DNA from: Antedon mediterranea
Lineage: Eukaryota; Animalia; Echinodermata
Assembly (NCBI RefSeq): GCF_964355755.1
Contig: NC_092675.1
Coordinates: 19,254,912-19,318,911 of the forward strand
DNA: 64,000 bases
Reading direction: 5' to 3'
Shown: positions 54,726 to 64,000 of the stretch, in pieces
Layout: each line of letters opens with the position of its first letter
Numbering within the stretch: the stretch's first letter is position 1
Translations under genes and position numbers: made by a program
The notes under the pieces: generated by a model
Told to the model about the DNA's origin: nothing
Seen by the model: the letters and a program-made list of their open reading frames with translations, nothing else
Database searches by the model: none

Positions 54726-55437
54726 TTCTTACCTACTGAAGTTACCGATAAGTGTGTCTATAAAACCAACATACCCAGGGTTTATAACAGCTAGCCTTAT
54801 GAAAACCTTTATATAGCTAAAGTAAGCATAGTAAGATGTATTTATACAGAAATCCATGTTCAATACTGTGCCAAACATATAAATTAAAATAATTTATATT
54901 AGGTTGTATGAAATAAGATACTTAATACTGTATAAACAATATATTGCAATAAAGTAAAATCAAAGTCCTAATTGCAATATAATTATTCATATCACTATCA
55001 ATAAACTTGGTAGTGCATAACTTGCCTTAACTGATAATACCCTACGTTACTATCATATGCATTAGTTATACTCATATAAATCAAAAAACCCATATCGTTA
55101 ATGATAATGTGGAAATCTGAATATTGTTAACGATGGGTTTCATATGCTGAAAGTAATAAAATTATTTCCTTCCGGCTTAGTTATACTAAGCAACACAATT
55201 TTCAAGAAAACAATACATATTTTGTTTGTAATTATATGCAACATAAAAATAATGGATACCAATACTAATTAGGCCAGACATTACTTCCTGTTTTGAAGAC
55301 TAATAATAAATTAAAACTTTTTTGGGCTTTTGTATGAGAGGTCTTAAACAATGCATAAAATATCCACAATGAACGTAGGCTACATGTCTGGTGGAATTGC
55401 CGTGCCTTAGGTTAATTAAATTGTCTTTTGTAAGATT

Positions 55438-55678
55438 TTGTTCAATAATTGAAGAATGATTGAAAACAAGGTGTAGAAAGAACAATAGTATTTCCTTTAA
55501 ATCAGAGTAACATTGAGATGTCAGAGAGTATCATCTCCGGATTTAGCTCAATATTGTTCAATAATGTAATTATCACGGGATGATTGAAAACCAGGTATAT
55601 TATGGAACAATAGAATTTCCTTTAAATTCCTTAAAAGCATTGTAATGTCAGAGAATATCTTGTGCAGGTTTAGTTCAA
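55438..55678. repeat. Diverged tandem duplication (~120-bp unit)
   Basis: ttgttcaataat...atgattgaaaac...gaacaatag...atttcctttaaat...atgtcagaga...tttag.tcaa occurs twice. Confidence 0.7.
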
Positions 55679-58600
55679 GCACCTACGGCTGACTGTCTTA
55701 TTGATTGGCCTCTGGGTAGGCAGTGTCTGTAACGACTGGTAACGCACAAAACACAGGGCTGGTAAGTTGCTCATTTAAATGTCAGAAAAAATTTTTAAAA
55801 TACATCAACCACAATCCGCTTAGCATTTAGGATTTAATCCATGTTAAGCCAGGCTTTCATTCTAATGGGCTTGATTGTGTATGTTGGATGCTTGACATTG
55901 GCCAGGTACCTTAAATTTAAATCTGCCTGAATTTTAGTTGGATGAGGTCATGCTAAACTGAAAAACACACTTACCAAACAGCAAACTAGAATTAACTTGG
56001 CCAAAAGAGAATGCTTGAAATTAAGAAGAAGAAGAAACACTTTTAGTTTGGTTAAAAACAAACAAAATCAAAATTATTTTATGATCCTTTTCTATGAGCA
56101 GAAAATGATTTAAAAACTGTTTAATGGTTTTAAATACTCCTAAATCGTTTACGGTCTAAATAAAAAAATAGTTTCTGTGGAACGATATTTGGATGCAATG
56201 TAGCCGTAGTCTCAGCCGCACCTGATGGAACCATTTTAATTGTTGTAAAAATTAAGCTGCAACGTGATCTTTGTTTATAAACTAAACTAAACTACCAAAA
56301 TCAGTTTCAAGGAAACCATTCTTTTTGGATTTTAGAATAGAAACAGGTCATTAACAACTCCTGTGTTCATGTTCTGTTGTTCACTTAACTTTAGGAAAGA
56401 ACTTCTTGCTTGTACTTTTACATCTATAATTTTACTAAGTAACATTAACCTCAAGACCTGCTTAAAAGGTAAAAAGTGCTCAGTTTATGTGTGGTAAAAG
56501 ACATCAAGAAAATCTAGCCACCGACAATCAACCTATCAACAAAACAGTCTTTGTTTTCTTATTCATAGTTGTATATCTCTCAGGTATCACACACCTGCCT
56601 CTTACAATCCTTGGAATTAATTACCAAAAAATATACAAAAGATCCAGTCCAATAACTGACCCGTAACCAAAGCACACAATCCAAATTAATTAAGAATATA
56701 AAACCTTTACTTTCTGCTGTAAAAATAAAATACCATTTAGATGATCTTTTGTGTCTGAAGAGTCGTTGACTGAAAATGATATCAACTGACCAATGTTCTG
56801 CTTGTTGTAATGATTAATAGAATCGTTTAATCAAAAGCGCTCCTTACGATAATGAATGGTATGAAGTACCTATACTGACAATCAGTGTTACAGTCTTTAC
56901 AATGTCTACAAACATGTTTCACAAAACAAATGAAAAATAAATTTGCTTATACAAATATCACCTCATTCAGAGTTTTTATTAACCCATTAACCATTCTTCA
57001 ATCAAAATCAGTTGACGAGTTCATTTAAAATAAACTTTCTACCTAATAATTCTGCTTTTAATACTCAAAATAAACTTATATTAGGGGATAGCAGACTGTT
57101 TTATTTATTACCAACTAAGGGAGATGATTTAACAAACTTCAATATTTTGGATATATCTGTCTTCGGGTATAATTAATAGTAACGCCGGCATATCCAAGAA
57201 GGTAGACACAAAATAAACTTTATCTTTCCAATCAAATTGATCTTTTAATTCCTTTACTTTAATTTTCAAATAATACCTCTATTGTTCCTACAATCTTAAA
57301 ACTTCAATAAATTGTTATTTAACAGAACTAATTGTCAATGATTGTTATCACAAAGTGGGTTTAAAAACAAAGTGTTAAATCCGTGCAGGTGTATCAAAAG
57401 CGGTACTACACATCAAAGGGGTTCTGGACAAAAGTTTCACAGGTTTTTCAAAGTTTTCTCCTATAGTTGTGTGTACAGCGTGATGGTAGTGTGATAGTGA
57501 CCTTGGTAAACATAACATTTGGCTAATAGATCTTTTTGATAAAACTAAATTTCGTAAAGCAATGGTGTTAAAATGTTTCACCGCCTATTGAGTCTTAAGT
57601 AGAATACAATGCACGAAATATTGTGGTTTTCTTTATCAAATCTTTCAGGTTTAAAGCTTAATCTCAGAAATTAAGAATAATATCATTATATTGTTTAAAA
57701 GAAATAAAACGAAGAAACCAACTGTTATGTTTATTAGGTAGAGAGAGAGGTGACCACCACTTGTATACAGTATATACTATTGATAATGCATACAGTAGAA
57801 GGCTAATTTAAACTCTGATTGAACTGGTACATATTTACTACAATGTGTTAAAAGGTTTAACTGTTACATTTTTAAATTTTGTGACTGATTGAATGATGCG
57901 GTGAGATTTGAAAACTAATGATGAATTTCACTGAATTATTCACGTTTACTTTTTAAGCCATCAAATATTAAAATTAATCTAAATGTAGTATGAGATGTAT
58001 GTATGAATCAGATTTCAAAGTAATTTCATTTCGCTGAATCTGGGAAGGCAACAAATTGGTTATCGATTATGAGAGTTGGAATTTATGAATGATAAAATTT
58101 CTTTCAGATAATAAGGAATTTGAATTCTTTTTCTATTTCTAAAAATAAACACTAACAATGTGAAAAACTGCTCCTATAACTTAAACCTATTTATTCAATA
58201 TTATGCAAATTTTGTATTATCCAAGTAGGGATAGGTCAATTTTCGGCCAATTTTATGCACCAATCAGGCACCTGTGACCGAATTGACAGATGGTGTTAGG
58301 TGTGGAAGTGGTTAAGGTACTGTAGACAATCATCAACTGTGGTTGGACGTATTAAAGGCCTAAAAACAATAAACTTCTGTTAAAAACCAATAAACATAAA
58401 AAGAAAACCTCAAAAGTTTTTCCTATTTCCTCTAATGAATTCAGAAATATCATTAAGTGCATTGGTGTTGAATTTAAACATTTTTTAGTCATCATTTATA
58501 AATGGAAAATCTAAAATATATTTATTGACGGAAAAGTATCCTGTAAAATATAAATATGGCTGGTAGATAATGAAGAATAATATGTGAATAACAAAACAAT

Positions 58601-61600
58601 CTAATTCTGTTTGTGATAGAAAAAGGGAAACGAATATCAGTCACCGAAAAGGAACATTATGAACTGTAGGTGTGTATATAAACTGCTGAAAGAACATGTC
58701 CACACCTGAGTCCACTTCAAATAATAGGTTACTCATTCTATAAACTTATACAGTAATACAGTAGGCGACATTTATCATCTATTCTATACCTGTACCAATA
58801 ATACAATGGTTTAATAATTATATAGGTCATCTGTTAAGCAAGCTTAGCTATCATCAGCTAGCATCCATTGGGAAGGATCTATTATTCCAATATTGCAAAC
58901 AGTTACAAAATGGATTCTTTATTGTGTTACACACTATGTACATAAATCATTACAATCCAGTAGCCTCCAGTGTTGGTATAACTCTGCAAACAGTGGCCGT
59001 CTTAAAGTAAATTTATCAATAATTGTACTTTCTCTGTATATATGCAGAAAGATTTACCTTTAATGCCTATAAATTCAGGGGTTCTCAATGCTATTATAGC
59101 CCTTGAATTAAGTGCTTACAATTACATTTTCCAGTCCAAGGAGTTGTTCTGGGGTTTATCTGTCATTTGGAACAAATGGCCACTAACCCAAGGTTTTGCA
59201 AAGCAAATATCAATAAAGAGGGTAAGTCAAACTAGCAGTAGGCTATTGCTTGTTTTTCCATCCTGAATATGCAACAGTAATAGAATAGGTCATATACATT
59301 ACTTTTTTACGATATAGTTAATTACATTAATTTCAAATAATCAGTGTAATTGGTTTCATTTTATACACATGCCTAAGTGACATGTAAAAGGAACTGATAA
59401 ATTGATAAGAAAATCATTTATGGCAATCAGTATCTCTGAATGGATTTTGACGAGGGGATCGAGTAAGAAGGTTTCAAAATCATTTGAAAGTAACCTCTAC
59501 CGTTTTAAATAGGTATCTTTTACATTTTTGAACAGACTTGTACAACCAAAAAGTGTCCACTTTCGCTCACAGTTTTAAATACCCAGTTGAACGGAATTTT
59601 ACAACCAAAAAGTAACCATCATTTGCTCAATGTTTGTTTCAATGGAATGAATTTAATGAGATGTTTAAACAAACATGTGATCTTATGCTGACTTTTATCA
59701 AGTGACAATCCATTTCAAAATCTCTTGTGACAGACGAGTTCTCATTCATCTAAACCAACTAACCTATTACTTTTGCATTGCCTCAGGTGATCAAATAATC
59801 ACATTATATAATAGGAGACACATTCCAGTAATGCTGCAATCTGGGTTCACCTGTGCGTTAAACTAAATTGTGGTAAATGTACCTGAACAACTATAGAATA
59901 AATATCCGTTCAAATACTGATGTCATTACTATTCATGAAAGCAACAGATAACTTTTCACCATGATTGCGATTTCTTGACCTAATTTCATATTTCTATTAA
60001 TTTTATGAATATAAAGCAGTTATTATTATTTCTGTATAATTAGGCTAATCGTTTACCAGTAATAGCTGAGCCTTGCATGCTTAGCCAAGCTTGTAATACA
60101 TTATGCAATCCATTAGTTAGAAAACTGAATAGTGCATAGCTTCAGAATCATCTATTTCAGCGTTTTAAAGAATTGTCTTCTTCCTTCTAAGAATACAAAG
60201 CCTATACTCTATACTGATAATATTTGATCATAATTATTAAAAAGTCATTTATTTAATTGCCAACAGCTATAAATGATCTTATTTATAATTCTTGTTCTTC
60301 ATTGATTTCAATATACCAAACCATCCGTAAACACTTGGAGAGATAAGTTAATCTTAACGAGAAATTCCCACACTGATGACGACCAATCAGTCTCGTGTTA
60401 CAAAAAATCAAATCCAATTGGTTTATATCGACGAGCACAAATCATGTTACTAGCGAACACAATTGCGGTGATAGTCGAGCAGTTTACCGTAGGTCATAAT
60501 CAATTTAACAAAATTTGCCATATCTTTACCAATGTAATCTTATTTGTAATCAAACTGGTTGTTCTATTCTTTGTTTGAGTAATTAAATTCAAGGAAGGTA
60601 GAAACTGATGTTGATTTGGCTTGCATCACTGCTAATGAACACTTGATTCACTTCAGTGAACACGTTTACATTAGGGCTAGATCAAAGTTTACAAAATACC
60701 AAATATTATACACACAACTATTCATGTCTATAGGCACATTACTGAATACATGAATAGTAGATATAATTCTCTTATTAATTACCATCTTAGTTAGTAATCA
60801 GTTTAGGTTAGTATATTTGCATAAACTTGAGCAAGAAATTAGATGCAAAATCTACAAACATTTTGATGAATTCCTTGAGGAATAAATCAGGATTATTTTT
60901 CTCTTCAGTTGTAAGTGTATTGGAGGAAATGGTCAAAGTAAAAAGTAGGTTGACATATGGCGGCCTTCCTTCCCAGCCTTCAGCTCTGGTCTACAGATGG
61001 GCCCGCAGATGGGTAAATGCAGGCCTGCAGAGAAGCTGACTTCATGTCTGCCTGCATATTGCTGTCCTTTACTTCGATGTAATTCCTAGGTCTGAGTAAT
61101 TATTAATTGGCCTAGCTGTTTAGTAAATGGTCATTTCAATATATTAATAATTTCTTTGTGATTAACTAGTAATAATGGCTATACACTCTGGTCATACACT
61201 TATTAATCAAAGTGCACTGAAGGTGATTGATAAACTAAAAGATGCATTGTGATGATTAATATTAAACCAAAGGATTATTATTATTATGAAAATACTTTTA
61301 AATTTTCAAGCTTAGGCTAGTAATAATCACAGGTAACGTAAATATTATTTATTTAGTAACTGGTAAATTTAGGGAAGCACGCTTCATGATGATGGATTTG
61401 TGTCACTCTTTATTTGTTGATGAATGAAGGTTTTCAACCATTCCATTTATTGAGCAAGGGATTATGATAAATGTAATTCTTTCCCCCTCCCCAAGACCCC
61501 TGGAATGTTGGTTTAATCAAAGTAAACAAGGTTTCAAATTGACTACTTCAAACTGAAAGATATTAATGACCAATTGCTTATATAAAGCTGATTTATTTTA

Positions 61601-64000
61601 TTAAGAGTGCAATTTTGTTTACTTGTTCTTCAATGCAAACGACATCTTTGAATTTTGTTCATTTGGACTTTAAAGTTCACTCGTATAAATCATGATTTGT
61701 TTTTGGTTCACTAAATCCATTTTATTGGTTTAATGCCGAAATATCTCAATTGTGTCACCAAACATCATCTTAAAATGTTCTTCAATAGACAATAAAAGTT
61801 CTCCTCTCTTTTCTATGCTATATATCAAGCTTTGTTTTTTTAGTTTCTTAAACATATCTCACCGGTTCAAATTACTGAAATCTCTGAATTGTGTCACCAT
61901 ACTCCACTGTAAATGATATCAATGGCTGCCCGAGGCATACTGCTTTGAACCGAGTACAAGCTAAACCCGGAGGTGACAATTATCATTTTCTGAAATGTGG
62001 ATTTTGAATCCCGTAGGGATCTCTTTACAGTTACAGTAATGTATTGCAGCATACACAACGTTAACTATGCAACGAAATGTTAACATGAATTCAGACTGAG
62101 AAATGAAATCAGACAAGGATGTACAAGATGATTTAATAATGATTTTAAACAATTTTCGAGGTATATTCAATATGAGTTGATTGACTTTTTTATCGATTAA
62201 ACATCAGTTCATATTATGTAGGTCTATACAAATGCATAATTTCCGATAATTATAATTACACAAACAAAGGTGTTCGTAGTCCGAATGTCGTACATGGATA
62301 AACCAACATTCTTCTGTAGCTCATTTTCCATCAAAGACCAATACGTAAAGAAAATGGGAAAAGAAAATTGGACAGTCTGCAAACCACGCCCTCTTGTTGA
62401 AACACCCCAACAGATTCTTTCTTTTTGTACTGTTGATGGACATGTTACGTAGAAAGGATGAATGAAAAATTTCTGGAATTCTACAATAAGCCATACAACG
62501 AAGATGAGGAGTCGTTTGCGTTGTTTCTATATTTCTTATTGTGATTAAGATAACCTCTTTCAAATTTACACTATTTTTATTATACCATGTATCATCATTG
62601 TACTTTCTGCGTCAAATAATATCACTTAAATGTACTTTCTCTAGATGTCTAATATGATAATATCAACGAAAATTAAATTTAACATTTTTTCAAGAAACGT
62701 CAATGAAAATGAGTTAAAATATCTTGCATGTTTTGCTTTAGGGCTTGTACTATATAAGACGTTGAAAATGTGTACTACTGACAGTAGTCTAAAAGAGGGA
62801 CTCTTAACAAGATATGGCGTTGGGCATTTACTCCCTATACTCAAATTACGAACAACCCAGGCTTCAAGGAACATTAGTAACAAAGAATTGCAACAGCTAA
62901 CATGATACTCAACAGTTTTCAATTATTGATTTCCAGTTTGTTTTTCTAATACATTTTCCATACTGTATATACTATTTCGCAGAATTTTAAAATAAATATT
63001 TACATTTGTTGAACTGCGTCCTAGTTTCATTCCTAAGGAGATTAGCGTAGGTAAGGTATCTTGAACTAGATGCTAACATCGTATTAACCACCAGGACATA
63101 CGCATACGCATGGTATTACTTTCTTCCATATTATTACTTGCAACATTAATGTTTAAGTACTGTATGTGAGTCAATCAGTGCCGAATAGTTCAAAATCTCT
63201 GGCTAGGATTCCGATAATCATCAAGATTAAGTAACGCTTACTGGTAGTAGTATGTCAGCCAAATGAGAGACGCTAGCAATATTACGGACGATAGATTTAT
63301 AGCATATCACTGTCACGAATATTTTACTAAACCTTAAGAGCTTTGACCAAATCAAAGCTTTTCCCTGGAAGAATATGACAATCTGATGAGTTATCTAACA
63401 TGTTGTAGATTTGGCTTTGTAAATGGTATTATGTTAACTGGAGTATTTTTTATAAAAGTAATCAATTCAAAGAGAACTAAAGAGCATTGCAAAAATACTA
63501 ATAATAATAATAATATCTTTTTTTAATAGTTATACAGTATATCCAAAAGCAGGTTTGTTGGAAAAAACTTGGTTCTCGACATGGAGTAAAAATTATTAGA
63601 AAAAATAAAGAAACTTGTTTAGCCCACTTCAGATTCTGCACTTGGTCTCTCATTTTCAGGAAACAATATTTTAAACATTGTTTTTTTTAAAGCTAAACAA
63701 CATAAATAATATAATATCATTAGTATTTCCTAATAAAAGAAAAATAATGAATGAATGTACTACCTGTATATGTTAAATAATACCTATCAAAAGATTATTA
63801 ATATGCATCACTATACAAACTAATTTGCATATTTATCATTTTTATTTGATCTAAACATGAAGTAATCATACATATTTGTATTTTCTGGTTGTAATGTTGA
63901 TTTTATTTTCACATTTAATGCATGCAATCGCCTAATTCATGATCATTCAGTTATTTTTAAGCCATTTATCATTTCAACAAGATATAATATCTTAACACCT

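Overview
AT-rich, intron-rich animal genomic DNA, probably from a marine invertebrate (species cannot be confirmed from sequence alone). The only host gene I can support is the 5' half of a UNC5-type netrin receptor on the minus strand. Three spliced, phase-1 coding exons (8185-7967, 5351-5238, 3407-3132) encode the two extracellular Ig domains; the TSP1/TM/ZU5/DD exons probably lie left of the window, and the signal-peptide exon was not located. CpG-rich candidate promoters lie at ~19.0-19.9 kb and ~21.7-22.0 kb. Upstream are two well-defined mobile elements. One is an 882-bp miniature LTR retroelement with identical LTRs (22682-23563). The other is a 7045-bp internally deleted CACTA/EnSpm-type DNA transposon (26473-33517) with a 2-bp TSD, long subterminal tandem arrays and two head-to-head, intron-containing pseudogenes. 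Many MITEs, SINE/LINE fragments, small palindromes and local duplications are scattered through the window, and 33.5-64 kb has no convincing gene. Almost all ORFs in the supplied track are spurious. I found no clear evidence of a new biological system; the two transposable elements are the most notable items.
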